DNA of 64,000 nucleotides from Rickettsiales bacterium (GTDB taxonomy: Bacteria > Bacteroidota > Bacteroidia > Cytophagales > Cyclobacteriaceae), in the NCBI GenBank assembly GCA_002729235.1, contig PBTY01000045.1, positions 359-64,358 of the forward strand, read 5' to 3'. The notes under the pieces were generated by a model that did not search any database, was not told the DNA's origin, and was given only the letters and a program-made list of their open reading frames with translations. The position numbers and the translations under genes are program-made. Positions 45,064 through 55,020 of this stretch are shown in pieces; the stretch's first letter is position 1, and the number at the start of each line of letters is the position of its first letter.

Positions 45064-45633
45064 ATGCTTACAGAACTTCAGCGAAAAAAGCTGACCCATT
45101 ACTTCAATGTCCTCGATTTTGATAAGAGTGGGACGTTAGAAAAACAGGACTTTGTGAGTATAGGTGTAAATCTCTCTACACTTTGGGGTTTTGGACCTGA
45201 TACTGCGGAATATCAAGCCAGCACAGCACGAACTTCTAGAATTTGGAGTGATTTCCATTCATTTATAAATAAAGGAGAGGAGGATCATGCCACATTGGAA
45301 GAATGGCTTGAATTTGCGGATAGGATGATCGTGAATGGATCGGAAGAAATGTATGTGAGCCATGTGAGTAAAGTCGCCATGGAAATCATTGATTTGTTTG
45401 ACGCTGACAAGGATGGCTATCTGTCTTTGAGTGAATACCTCAATTTATTCATGGCTTACCGAATTGAAATCAAGCATTCTACCAAAGCTTTTGCGAACCT
45501 GGATAAGAACCATGATGATCTAATTAGTAAAGAAGAGCTCCTTCTTGCCATCCGCGAATTCTTTCGTAGCGATGATGAAGATGCTGCTGGTAATTGGTTG
45601 TTCGGGTTTTGGGAACACCCACGCTGGGTTTAG
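45064..45633 (+). CDS. EF-hand calcium-binding domain protein
   Basis: 189 aa. Three EF-hand loops: DFDKSGTLEKQDF, DADKDGYLSLSEY and DKNHDDLISKEEL. Confidence 0.7.
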   Translation: MLTELQRKKLTHYFNVLDFDKSGTLEKQDFVSIGVNLSTLWGFGPDTAEYQASTARTSRIWSDFHSFINKGEEDHATLEEWLEFADRMIVNGSEEMYVSHVSKVAMEIIDLFDADKDGYLSLSEYLNLFMAYRIEIKHSTKAFANLDKNHDDLISKEELLLAIREFFRSDDEDAAGNWLFGFWEHPRWV

Positions 45634-46655
45634 AACCTCATTGGCTCACCCTCTTCCGGGATCAGAAACTTGCTTTGCGGTATTTCAGCTTCATCTAAAG
45701 CTAGTATCAAATCCTCCTCTGCCTTACCCTGGCCTTCATCAGCCAGTGGGAATGTTCCAAAATGCATGGCAATGCTTTGTTGAGACTTAACATCTTTATG
45801 TAACTGTACAGATTGGTCAGGAGACACGTGAATAGGAGACATGAACCACTTGGGTTCGTAAGCGCCTATTGGTATCATGGAAACATCCATTGGGCCTTCT
45901 TTTTTTCCGATTTCTTTAAAAAACTCCCCATAACCACTGTCTCCAGCAAAATAGACTTTCTTTTCGCCATTTGTAAGTGTATAACCACACCACAATGTTT
46001 TATCTCGATCGAGCATTCCCCGACTGCTGAAATGTTGAGCCGGTGTGGCGGTTATTTTCAAGCCAACTTCGGAGGACTGCCACCAATCCAATTCTTTGAC
46101 TTTGGTGATTTTATGTTGTGCCAGATAGCGACCAACACCTAGTGGGACAATGAATACAGGTTCGAATAAGCCATTGAGTTTCTTTACCGTGGTAATGTCC
46201 AAATGATCATAATGATTGTGACTAAGCAGAATCACATCTATAGGAGGTAGGTCTTCAAAATTGATTCCAGGAGGTCTCATTCTGCTTGGCCCGACAAATG
46301 AAAAAGGGCTGACTCGCTCACTCCACACCGGGTCGGTTAATAGGTTCAAATTATTCCATTGAATAAGGAAAGTACTGTGGTTGACGAATGTAATGATCAA
46401 CTCGTCACTGGAGTCCACAGGCTTAGGACCTACCGAAGTTTCATAGTTTTTCATCCATGGTCCTTTGTCACTCTTGATCATCCATTCGATTACTGCACCA
46501 AGTCCTTTGGCTTTCTTACCAGTAGGGTTTATAAACTTTTTACCGTTGAAGTGGTCAGTAGCAGGTCCTTTGTGTCCGGGGGCACTAAGGGAAACACCTG
46601 TGGCTAAAATGAGTGAAACCACCAAAAAAATACCTAAAAGCACGTATATCACCAT
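45630..46655 (-). CDS. MBL-fold metallo-hydrolase (NAPE-PLD-like)
   Basis: 341 aa. N-terminal anchor, then IDVILLSHNHYDHLD (HxHxDH), YFAGDSGY and AMHFGTF. Confidence 0.75.
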   Translation of the reverse strand: MVIYVLLGIFLVVSLILATGVSLSAPGHKGPATDHFNGKKFINPTGKKAKGLGAVIEWMIKSDKGPWMKNYETSVGPKPVDSSDELIITFVNHSTFLIQWNNLNLLTDPVWSERVSPFSFVGPSRMRPPGINFEDLPPIDVILLSHNHYDHLDITTVKKLNGLFEPVFIVPLGVGRYLAQHKITKVKELDWWQSSEVGLKITATPAQHFSSRGMLDRDKTLWCGYTLTNGEKKVYFAGDSGYGEFFKEIGKKEGPMDVSMIPIGAYEPKWFMSPIHVSPDQSVQLHKDVKSQQSIAMHFGTFPLADEGQGKAEEDLILALDEAEIPQSKFLIPEEGEPMRF

Positions 46656-46848
46656 GTTTAACGTAAAATCATTACCGACTGTCGAAATTAAGCATATAAG
46701 CTATAAATCTTTGATTTTCTTTGCTTTAAGATAAAATATAGAGGAGATAAAGTTAAGTGTGATGTGAAATCTATTAACTAACTTCGCTAAAGTTTACATC
46801 TGAAAGGCACGTGATGCACGTAGGTGATTTACTAAGAGATTGACAAAT

Positions 46849-48018
46849 ATGAATAAGCTATTTTTTTTAATCATTACATCCTGTGTGATTTTTACAGCTG
46901 CAGCACAGACTACCACCACAGATGGATCATGGCAGAATAGCTCAAACTGGAATGCAACTTATCCTGGATCTGGAACAGATGCTGATGGAACACTTAATTT
47001 ATCTGGAGAAACAATCAATTTTGATAATTACATCATTTTGGGGAGTAGTTCCTCTCGCGTAAATATCTCCGTTGCTGGTAGTAATGAAAATGGTGATTTT
47101 GTTGTTAATGATACATTAGTCATTTTCGGTGATGTCACTTTTGCTAACAAAGCGATGCCTATGACAGTAACCGGAAATGGTGTGCTGATAATTTTTGGAA
47201 ATTTGACTATGCAGAATAAGATTTCTGTTGCTTCAGATGGTTTGATAGTGGTTACCGGTGATTTTGGAATGACTGGATCGGCTGTTCAAAGTGATTATTC
47301 TGGGGCTGGAAACGTATATGCTGGAAGCTATTCAGGTAATGCTGAAAGTGAGATTGATGCTAGTGGTGATGGTAATGGGGATTCTTCTTTTACCATTGAT
47401 GATTTATCTGATGATGGCTTTTCTACTATAGAAGACTATGTTACTGGTGGAGGTACTATTCCATTGCCAGTAGAGTTTCTGTTTTTCCAATCTTCTACAA
47501 CGGATTATGTGAAATTAACGTGGGCTACGGCTTCAGAGAAGGATAATGATAGATTTGAAGTGGAGCGTTCTGATGATGGTGAATTCTTCTATTCTATTGG
47601 AGATGTACAAGGTAGTGGTACCGTGAACGAACGTGTTGATTACAGTTTCGTTGATTTTTCAGCCATTGCATCTGTTTCTTACTATCGATTAAAGCAAGTT
47701 GATTTCGATGGTGTTTACGAATACTCACAAACGATACGTGTAGAAACGGGAGTTTCTTCTAGTCAAGTATCTTTTCAGGTTTATCCAACGGTAGTGACCA
47801 ATGATTTCATGACCATTAACGCCAATAGATCTTTTGAAGTCAAAAACATCGAAGTATTTGGTCTATCAGGAAATCAGCAGGGAAAAGAGGTGAACTTCTA
47901 TAAGAATCACCCTTCAGAGATAGAAATTTCTGGTAATAATCTTCAAAAGGGAATTTATCTGATAAGATTGACCACCACTGAAGGGGATCTACTGGTGCAG
48001 CGATTTATTGTACGTTAA
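46849..48018 (+). CDS. Secreted repeat protein with a T9SS C-terminal sorting domain
   Basis: Track ORF 46840 starts at TTG. The ATG at 46849 gives MNKLFFLIITSCVIFTAAAQ. Central module LPVEFLFFQSSTTDYVKLTWATASEKDNDRFEVERSDDGEFFYSIGDVQGSG...YYRLKQVDFDGVYEYS. The C-terminal tail ...KGIYLIRLTTTEGDLLVQRFIVR is typical of T9SS CTDs. Confidence 0.7.
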   Translation: MNKLFFLIITSCVIFTAAAQTTTTDGSWQNSSNWNATYPGSGTDADGTLNLSGETINFDNYIILGSSSSRVNISVAGSNENGDFVVNDTLVIFGDVTFANKAMPMTVTGNGVLIIFGNLTMQNKISVASDGLIVVTGDFGMTGSAVQSDYSGAGNVYAGSYSGNAESEIDASGDGNGDSSFTIDDLSDDGFSTIEDYVTGGGTIPLPVEFLFFQSSTTDYVKLTWATASEKDNDRFEVERSDDGEFFYSIGDVQGSGTVNERVDYSFVDFSAIASVSYYRLKQVDFDGVYEYSQTIRVETGVSSSQVSFQVYPTVVTNDFMTINANRSFEVKNIEVFGLSGNQQGKEVNFYKNHPSEIEISGNNLQKGIYLIRLTTTEGDLLVQRFIVR

Positions 48019-51000
48019 TCCCTAATCCTTATTTTTTGGCTGTAGTACATTGATTCAGATTCTAGGATCAATGTATAAACACCTGGCGCACTATCCAACA
48101 ATATCGGCTTATTGGGGAAGACCACTTTATTCAGAATTGTTTTTCCTGAAAGATCTATTAGAAGAATAGATGTTGGTTCTTCAATGCCTCTAATAGTTAG
48201 CGTCTCATTATTTCTCAGTGGATTAGGATAGATCTTCAGTAAGTTTTCATTTGTGCTTAATACCTCAATCTCTGGCCGTTGGTTGTAGACGGTATAAAAG
48301 AGAGTGTCCTGACTGCTACAGCCTTCAGTGTCAAATCCTTGAACCACGATTTCATAAACATCAGCTGAATCAAACAGAATGATTGGATCTGTTGCATTGT
48401 CATAATATGATCCATTAATACTCCAATACCTATCCGGAATGGATTCGTTATCAAGAGAGAATGTTGCTGTTATTCCCTCATTTAAATAGAGTGTATCTGG
48501 AGTAACACTGATTGTGAATTCAGGTCTTTGCGGATCCAATACAAGCTCTACCGCATTTGACGGAAGTACCTGATCGATTCCTACTATGTATATTGATTGA
48601 GTTGATACGAGGCTATCTATCGATAGTTCTTTTCCTTTTTTAATCAGGTTTAATAGTTCCACATCTTCATAGAATCCGAAATAAGTGCCATTTTCTGGTT
48701 GAATAACTACATCCTCACCAAAGCAGTAGGTTTGATCAGAAAGAGTTGGAATGGACGAGGTTGTAAACTCTATGGTTTGAGACAAGGAAGCCTCGCAACC
48801 AAATGTAGATATGGAAGACATCTCTACTGCATAGCTGGAATTGGTTACTTCTAGACTTAAAGTATCTGAAGAGGATAATTCTACCCCATCCACCATCCAG
48901 TTAGTGGATGAGTAGTCACTAGAAGTATTATAGATCAATGCAGAATTAGTTGTGCTTCCCAGATCAACAATCCAATCAAATGATACCTTGTAGTCAATGA
49001 CTTCAATGGATACTGCCTTTCTCAGACTTTCGAATGGACCAGAGGTATTGGTGACATAGAAGATTGTGTCCTGCTCAAGATTATCAATGATAAGTTGTTG
49101 ACCTTCAAAGAATGCGACATCTGATGCTTCTGAGGTAAAGAAAGCAAGTGAATCCGTATTGGAGGCTGATAGAATAACGGAAGCCCCGGCACAGATCATC
49201 TGGTCTTGAATTTCCGGTAGGTCTGGTCTTTCAGCAACCAGTAGTTCCCGGGTGAAGGATTCGTTACAGCCTAGCTCATTATTCACTTCAAGTGTGATAT
49301 TATAGACACCGGCTGAGTTATAGCCAACTACAGGATTTTGCAGCGTAGCTTGTTGATTGTTTCCAAAATTCCATAGCCAATCTACAGGAAGAAAGCTTCT
49401 ATCATAAAAGCTGACACTATTGTTGTCATCCAGAAACAATGTGTCGGTGGACATGTCAAAGTTGGCTACGTGCAATACCAAATCAACATCTAGTCTATAA
49501 ATGTCTCCAATGGACTGATCGTCTATATTTCTCAAATAGAAGGAAGTGTCTTGACTGACGCTTCCCGTGATCAATGTGTCATTAGTGGTGATAAGGTTTT
49601 GTCCTAAAGGATCACTAAAGAATTGAAATTGATCACCACCAATCGGATCAATTGTTAATGATGCGCCTTCACAGCTGTTGTAAGTCTCAATGAGTAACGG
49701 GGTTTGTAAGTACCTGCGATAAGCGCCCATTCCTGAATCAAGTGCTACTTTCAGTTGCTCCAAAGAACTGGCAAATGCTATAATGAAAGAAGATTTGATT
49801 GCCTCACCCATGGGTACAGAAAGTGAGTCTTCAGCAATCATACTTGCTATATCATTTCCACCTGACCAACCTGCCGTGTCATAGATGGATTGTTTTGATA
49901 AGGCGTAAATCAAACTATCGGTCCAATCAGCAGAGAAATCTTGAGCATTTGATCCAAAATTATTTTGATCGATAGACTGGTGAATTGGCAAGCTATCATA
50001 GTATGATTTTATTCCTACAAAAAGGGTGCTGTCCAGATCAAAATTGACAATGGCATGTAATGAGTCATTGTAGTAACTTTTATTAGATGTAGCTGTTAGT
50101 AGGTTCCAGTCCGTGAAGAGCCCTACACTGATGTTTTCTAAATCTTGGTCTCCCTGGTTTCCGATATAATATTCCTGAATCATGTAGTTGGTTGATTCGT
50201 TCATCAGTGTTCGTTGAGCTATTTGTAAACCCGCAGGATTGCTTGCAGAGTCATCGGAGAAGGTACTCGTGGCGTAAGTATCAATACCGTCATGAAGCAA
50301 TGATTTAGCTAACTTCTGAGTCACAAATTCTTCATGTCTTGAAAGGCTGGTTATGGATTGATAAAAATTGTCTGAAACCTGGTTGGAATCGATGCTAACG
50401 AAAAAACTCATCCTGCTGATCGTATTTTCGAAGTTGTAGGTTAACCCAATACCGTTGAAAAAACTATCATCTGCAAAACCAAGGTTTCCGCTACTACTCA
50501 TGGTGAAACTTAGTGTTCCGTTGGTTACATCTATTCTATCTGAAGCCGTTTGAATTTCTATATATTCAAAGTCCTGGTAATATCCATCTTCAAATGACAC
50601 GCGGATTGGAATGACTGTGTTTGCAGGGGCGCTTTCAGAAATTTTCGCACCAGTTAAAGTAATTGTGTTTGTCGAAAGGGTTGGAAGCGTGGTAATTGCT
50701 ACTGATTGATTGTTGAATTCAATGTATTCAGAAGGAGAGGATAGGCTGACGGTTGGAGTGGATTCTGCGAGATAATTTTTTAGAGTTAAATGAATTTCGA
50801 TGGAATCACCATAATATAGATCGGTCCCCAGATCACTATTCACTGAAAAGCTTTCTAATCGAATGGATTTTAACGTGTCTTCATCAGCAACAAGCGCATT
50901 TTCAATGTTTAATCTTCCAAAACCTAATTTATCTTGATAAGTGCTATTAAGATCATAAATATTATCAGACGTTACTCTTATTCTTTCAATAATCTGACGA

Positions 51001-52181
51001 GCGTTCAATTCTGGAAATCTGGTTTTGACCAATGCGGCAGCCCCAGCCACCTGTGGACTACTAAAAGAGGTGCCATCACCGCTTGTAAAACCGTCATTAC
51101 TTGTTGTTCCGTATATAGCTCTTCCAGGCGCCGAGATGTCAACCTGATAGCTGTAGGATGAGAAGGATGCTTTAGTGTCATTATTCTCTGTAGAAGCCAC
51201 TGATAACACATTGTCATAGCTTGCAGGGTAAAATTCCAGGTCTTCGGGTGTATTACCAGCAGCTCCTATGACAATAAGGTTTTTTTCCTCTACAGCGTAA
51301 TTGATAATGTCCTGTGCGGCCTGGGTGTAACTGTTTGCTGAACCCCAGCTGAGATTGATGACATCATAGCCATTATCTGCAGCATAAATAATGGATTCAT
51401 ACGTATTGGCTGCAGTTCCTGATTCTGACTTGAAAATCTTCAAAGCCGCAAGTTTTGCATTGATACCTACTCCAGCCATTCCAAAGCCATTATCGGTTTC
51501 GGCACCGGCAATCCCTGCTACGCGAGTGCCATGATAATTACTACCAGGTAGAGCGGAAGTGTCTTGATCTGCAAAATCATACCCTCTGTAGTCATCAATG
51601 TAGCCGTTTCCATCATCATCAATTCCGTTTGGTGGGTCTTCTTCATTTACATGCATCTTATTCACCAGATCCGGATGGAAATAGTCCACACCAGTATCAC
51701 TGATACCAATGATCATAGAGCTATCACCTCGGGTAATATCCCATGCTTCGAATGCTTTGATAATGTTCAGATAACTCTGTGATCCAGCAGCTATGGCAGG
51801 GTCGTTAGGCAAGTAAAGTAATTGTTCCTGATAGATGGGCTCCGCATAGAGCACATTGCCATAAGACTCAAGACTATCGCAAAGTGCACGGATGTCGGTT
51901 TCTTTTGAGACTTCAATTTTATAGAGTCCATCTATTATGGATGCGGTGATTCTAAGAGCTGACGTATTAGTCTTCAACGGGGTATACCGTTCTAATCCTT
52001 TGATATGTGTAAGGGAAAGAGTTTTCTCCGACTGTAAAGTGCTCGAATTATTCAGTTTAACATAGAGTACTCCTGGCTCAATCTCCGTTTGGGCAAAGGC
52101 CCATTTATGAATGATGAGAAAAAGAAGTAATGAATATAGGCGGTGAATTTTCAAATCAGGTAACGGCGGTTTTACGAACAA
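48015..52181 (-). CDS. S8-family (subtilisin-like) serine peptidase, very large, PKD-like repeats, T9SS C-terminal domain
   Basis: 1388 aa. Catalytic triad motifs are GISDTGVDYFHPDL (Asp), HGTRVAGIAGA (His) and GTSFSSPQVAGAAALV (Ser). The C-terminal tail ...PGVYTLILESESMYYSQKIRIRD is T9SS-CTD-like. The track start at 52181 is TTG and overlaps the SDR gene by 26 nt. An in-frame TTG at 52154 would give MKIHRLYSLLLFLIIHKWAFAQ, a cleaner signal peptide with no overlap. Confidence 0.85.
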   Translation of the reverse strand: MFVKPPLPDLKIHRLYSLLLFLIIHKWAFAQTEIEPGVLYVKLNNSSTLQSEKTLSLTHIKGLERYTPLKTNTSALRITASIIDGLYKIEVSKETDIRALCDSLESYGNVLYAEPIYQEQLLYLPNDPAIAAGSQSYLNIIKAFEAWDITRGDSSMIIGISDTGVDYFHPDLVNKMHVNEEDPPNGIDDDGNGYIDDYRGYDFADQDTSALPGSNYHGTRVAGIAGAETDNGFGMAGVGINAKLAALKIFKSESGTAANTYESIIYAADNGYDVINLSWGSANSYTQAAQDIINYAVEEKNLIVIGAAGNTPEDLEFYPASYDNVLSVASTENNDTKASFSSYSYQVDISAPGRAIYGTTSNDGFTSGDGTSFSSPQVAGAAALVKTRFPELNARQIIERIRVTSDNIYDLNSTYQDKLGFGRLNIENALVADEDTLKSIRLESFSVNSDLGTDLYYGDSIEIHLTLKNYLAESTPTVSLSSPSEYIEFNNQSVAITTLPTLSTNTITLTGAKISESAPANTVIPIRVSFEDGYYQDFEYIEIQTASDRIDVTNGTLSFTMSSSGNLGFADDSFFNGIGLTYNFENTISRMSFFVSIDSNQVSDNFYQSITSLSRHEEFVTQKLAKSLLHDGIDTYATSTFSDDSASNPAGLQIAQRTLMNESTNYMIQEYYIGNQGDQDLENISVGLFTDWNLLTATSNKSYYNDSLHAIVNFDLDSTLFVGIKSYYDSLPIHQSIDQNNFGSNAQDFSADWTDSLIYALSKQSIYDTAGWSGGNDIASMIAEDSLSVPMGEAIKSSFIIAFASSLEQLKVALDSGMGAYRRYLQTPLLIETYNSCEGASLTIDPIGGDQFQFFSDPLGQNLITTNDTLITGSVSQDTSFYLRNIDDQSIGDIYRLDVDLVLHVANFDMSTDTLFLDDNNSVSFYDRSFLPVDWLWNFGNNQQATLQNPVVGYNSAGVYNITLEVNNELGCNESFTRELLVAERPDLPEIQDQMICAGASVILSASNTDSLAFFTSEASDVAFFEGQQLIIDNLEQDTIFYVTNTSGPFESLRKAVSIEVIDYKVSFDWIVDLGSTTNSALIYNTSSDYSSTNWMVDGVELSSSDTLSLEVTNSSYAVEMSSISTFGCEASLSQTIEFTTSSIPTLSDQTYCFGEDVVIQPENGTYFGFYEDVELLNLIKKGKELSIDSLVSTQSIYIVGIDQVLPSNAVELVLDPQRPEFTISVTPDTLYLNEGITATFSLDNESIPDRYWSINGSYYDNATDPIILFDSADVYEIVVQGFDTEGCSSQDTLFYTVYNQRPEIEVLSTNENLLKIYPNPLRNNETLTIRGIEEPTSILLIDLSGKTILNKVVFPNKPILLDSAPGVYTLILESESMYYSQKIRIRD

Positions 52182-52953
52182 TTTTTGAGAACAGTGAAGG
52201 GAATAGACGCTTTACGTAAATTCCAGCCACTTCTTTGAACCCTCCAATGTAAACCTCTTCTTTATTTTTTTCGATGGCTTTGATGATTTTCACTGCGCAC
52301 TCTTCTGGTGAAAGACCTCCATCCTGAGCGTTATCCATTTTGTTTTGTTTGCTACCATCTCCCATTAAGGCATTCACACTGATTTGTGTTCTCACAAAAC
52401 CAGGTAGGATTATGCTCACTTTTAAGCCATCAGCATGATGTTCTGCTCTAAGTGCGTCATAGAATCCATGTAAGGCATGCTTGGAAGCAGCATAGGCAGA
52501 TCTAAAGGGTGTGCTGATGATTCCCACAGCTGATGTAATGATTACCTGATGTCCACTTTTTCTTTCAATCATTTTGGGTAACAATGCTTTGGAAAGAGCA
52601 ATCGTTCCAAAGTAATTAACCTCCATAATCTTTCGATCTACATCCAGATCGGTATTGATCACTTTGTCACGTTGGCTGATGCCACCACAATTAACTAAAA
52701 TATCTACATGACCGTGTATGGACTCCGCTTCTTTTGCTTTTTGCTTAATAGCAAAACTGTCCGCCAGGTCAAGCGGAAGTATATTTATGTTTTCTGGTGA
52801 CTGACTGTTGTTCTTCACTCGCTCAAGTTCTTCCCGACGCCTTGCTGAAATGATTAGTTTGGCGTCTAATTTGGATAGTTCATATACGAGTGCTTCACCT
52901 ATACCAGATGATGCTCCGGTAATTAATATTACCTGATCTTTGATCTTAGTCAT
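52156..52953 (-). CDS. SDR-family oxidoreductase
   Basis: Track ORF is 52156-53001. The ATG at 52953 gives MTKIKDQVILITGASSGIGEA (TGxxxGxG). The active site is YAASKHAL (YxxxK). Confidence 0.85.
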   Translation of the reverse strand: MTKIKDQVILITGASSGIGEALVYELSKLDAKLIISARRREELERVKNNSQSPENINILPLDLADSFAIKQKAKEAESIHGHVDILVNCGGISQRDKVINTDLDVDRKIMEVNYFGTIALSKALLPKMIERKSGHQVIITSAVGIISTPFRSAYAASKHALHGFYDALRAEHHADGLKVSIILPGFVRTQISVNALMGDGSKQNKMDNAQDGGLSPEECAVKIIKAIEKNKEEVYIGGFKEVAGIYVKRLFPSLFSKIVRKTAVT

Positions 52954-53320
52954 TTTCTTGTTGCTTACTCGCTTGCATGTATACATAAATGGTGTAAACA
53001 CCCAAAGCGGTTCCTAAAGGTACACTAGGTAAGGATAGGCATCCTGAAATCATCATGACAGTCATACCCCATTTCTTACCATTTAATTGAGCAAAACCTC
53101 CTACAATAGATGGAAGTGGAAAAAGAACAATCAATACGAAAAATAAGGAGTGAACAAAGAGGAATACTGTTTTAATAATTTGAAGCTCATCGCCACTCAC
53201 TTCATTTTCAATGAAGGGCATGGCCACTTCAAGTGCGAGGTTAACTATCAACAAAGTAACCAGGCCTAAAAAGCCGTATACGATGTGCAGAATGCTTAAG
53301 AGTCTTTTATGTGTGTCCAT
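52946..53320 (-). CDS. Small polytopic membrane protein, hypothetical
   Basis: 124 aa with four hydrophobic segments (e.g. ILHIVYGFLGLVTLLIVNLAL and VFLFVHSLFFVLIVLFPLPSIVGGF). It lies 6 nt downstream of the DHFR gene and overlaps the SDR start by 8 nt. Confidence 0.55.
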   Translation of the reverse strand: MDTHKRLLSILHIVYGFLGLVTLLIVNLALEVAMPFIENEVSGDELQIIKTVFLFVHSLFFVLIVLFPLPSIVGGFAQLNGKKWGMTVMMISGCLSLPSVPLGTALGVYTIYVYMQASKQQEND

Positions 53321-53326
53321 GGTTCG

Positions 53327-53827
53327 TTAGATTTTACTATAAACTACGAAATCGAAGGCATATTTGTGACGCTCATCAGTAGAATGATGTATTCGACTAC
53401 TTTCTTTCCATTCGGATTTGTCAAATTCAGGAAAGATTGTCTGTCCTTCAAAATCCCCGTCTATTTCTGTTAGATAGATTGTGTCAGCATAGGCAAGACC
53501 CAATTTATAGATTTCTCCTCCTCCAATAATGAATACTTCTTCTTCACTATTCTTTCGAGCAATTTCGATTGCTTCTTCCAGACTATTCACTACTTCGGTT
53601 CCTGGTGCTTCATAGGTGTTTTTGCGTGTGATCACCACATTAGGCCTGTTGGGAAGAGGTTTGAATCGAGGAGGTAATGATTCGTAGTTTTTTCTACCCA
53701 TGAGCACATAGTGACCCTCCGTAGTTTTCTTAAAATACTGAAAGTCATCTGGTAAGTGCCATGGGATGTCATTGTCCTTTCCAATCACTCTATTTCGGCC
53801 CATGGCGGCAATCATGGATATCTTCAT
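53327..53827 (-). CDS. folA: Dihydrofolate reductase
   Basis: 166 aa. [51 protein letters not shown]...FIIGGGEIY matches DHFR. Confidence 0.9.
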   Translation of the reverse strand: MKISMIAAMGRNRVIGKDNDIPWHLPDDFQYFKKTTEGHYVLMGRKNYESLPPRFKPLPNRPNVVITRKNTYEAPGTEVVNSLEEAIEIARKNSEEEVFIIGGGEIYKLGLAYADTIYLTEIDGDFEGQTIFPEFDKSEWKESSRIHHSTDERHKYAFDFVVYSKI

Positions 53828-53871
53828 AACCTTTCTTTTCTATTAATCGTATTCAAAGAAAAATAATTACA

Positions 53872-54042
53872 ATGTTAATCGCACTCCTTGCAATTTGTTT
53901 TGTGTCAGTATTGGGAAATGTAGTGCTTGCCAGCAAGTTGAAGCAAGACCCTTATGAATGGATTCTATTGTCTCTTTTAATTGGTCCAATCTCATTGCCT
54001 ATCCAATACTTCAGTGCTCGTCCTTCCAATGGTAACCCCTAA
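53872..54042 (+). CDS. Possible unannotated 56-aa two-TM small membrane protein
   Basis: ATG at 53872, TAA at 54040-54042. Translation is MLIALLAICFVSVLGNVVLASKLKQDPYEWILLSLLIGPISLPIQYFSARPSNGNP. It is below the 60-aa cutoff of the ORF track. Its 3' end overlaps the convergent fmt gene by 32 nt. Confidence 0.35.
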   Translation: MLIALLAICFVSVLGNVVLASKLKQDPYEWILLSLLIGPISLPIQYFSARPSNGNP

Positions 54043-54940
54043 GGAATTCCTCAGTGAGCATTTTTCTTTTTCCCTGAAGCTGAACATCAGTCAGTGACAA
54101 TGTCCCGTCAGCAGTGACTACATCAATATATTTCTTGCCATCTGAATGGAATGATCCGGGAGAAGTATTATAGTTTCTTTCGGATTTCTCTGCCATAAAT
54201 ACTTTAAAGGTCAGTTCATCCAAAGTCGTCCAAGCAGCAGGATATGGACTTAAGCCTCGAATGAAATCTCTTACTTTTTCTGATGGCTGATCCCAATTGA
54301 TTTCGCAATCCTCTCGGAAAATTTTTGGAGCGTGTTTGTCTTCACTCACCTGTGGTTGAGGTTTTAATTCATAATCACCACTTTGAATTTTCTTTACAGA
54401 CTCCACCACAAGGTCTGCGCCTTTGTTCATCAATCGCTCGTAGACAGTTCCTACTGTATCCTCATATTTAATAGGCTCTACATGCTGTAATAAGATGTTT
54501 CCGGTGTCTATCTCATGCTTCAGTTTGAAAGTGGTAACACCAGTTTCTTTCTCTCCATTGATAATGGCCCAGTTGATAGGGGCAGCACCTCGGTAGTCAG
54601 GCAGTAATGATCCATGTAAGTTAAAAGAACCCAACGGGGGCATGTTCCATACTGCTTCAGGGAGCATCCTAAATGCCACCACAATCTGCAGATCAGCCTT
54701 ATAGGACTTAAGCTCTTCTTGAAATTCAGGGCTCTTAAGATTGGTTGGTTGCAATACGGGAATGTTGACAGAGACTGCATAATCTTTAACAGGGGAGGTG
54801 CCAAGCTTCTTTCCACGTCCTTGAGGTTTATCAGGTGCAGTGATTACGGCGACTACATTAAATCCATTCTCTACCAACTTCTGCAACGAGGGAACTGCAA
54901 ACTCGGGCGTTCCCATAAACACAATCCTTAGATCCTTCAT
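54011..54940 (-). CDS. fmt: Methionyl-tRNA formyltransferase
   Basis: 309 aa. MKDLRIVFMGTPEFAVPSLQKL..., FNLHGSLLPDYRGAAPINWAIINGEKETGVTTF. Confidence 0.9.
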   Translation of the reverse strand: MKDLRIVFMGTPEFAVPSLQKLVENGFNVVAVITAPDKPQGRGKKLGTSPVKDYAVSVNIPVLQPTNLKSPEFQEELKSYKADLQIVVAFRMLPEAVWNMPPLGSFNLHGSLLPDYRGAAPINWAIINGEKETGVTTFKLKHEIDTGNILLQHVEPIKYEDTVGTVYERLMNKGADLVVESVKKIQSGDYELKPQPQVSEDKHAPKIFREDCEINWDQPSEKVRDFIRGLSPYPAAWTTLDELTFKVFMAEKSERNYNTSPGSFHSDGKKYIDVVTADGTLSLTDVQLQGKRKMLTEEFLRGYHWKDEH

Positions 54941-55020
54941 AGGCTGGCAAAGCTAGCAAACACCAATTACTTTTTATACTTAGAATTTTGATACATCATA
55001 TTTCTATGTATATTTGTTCT

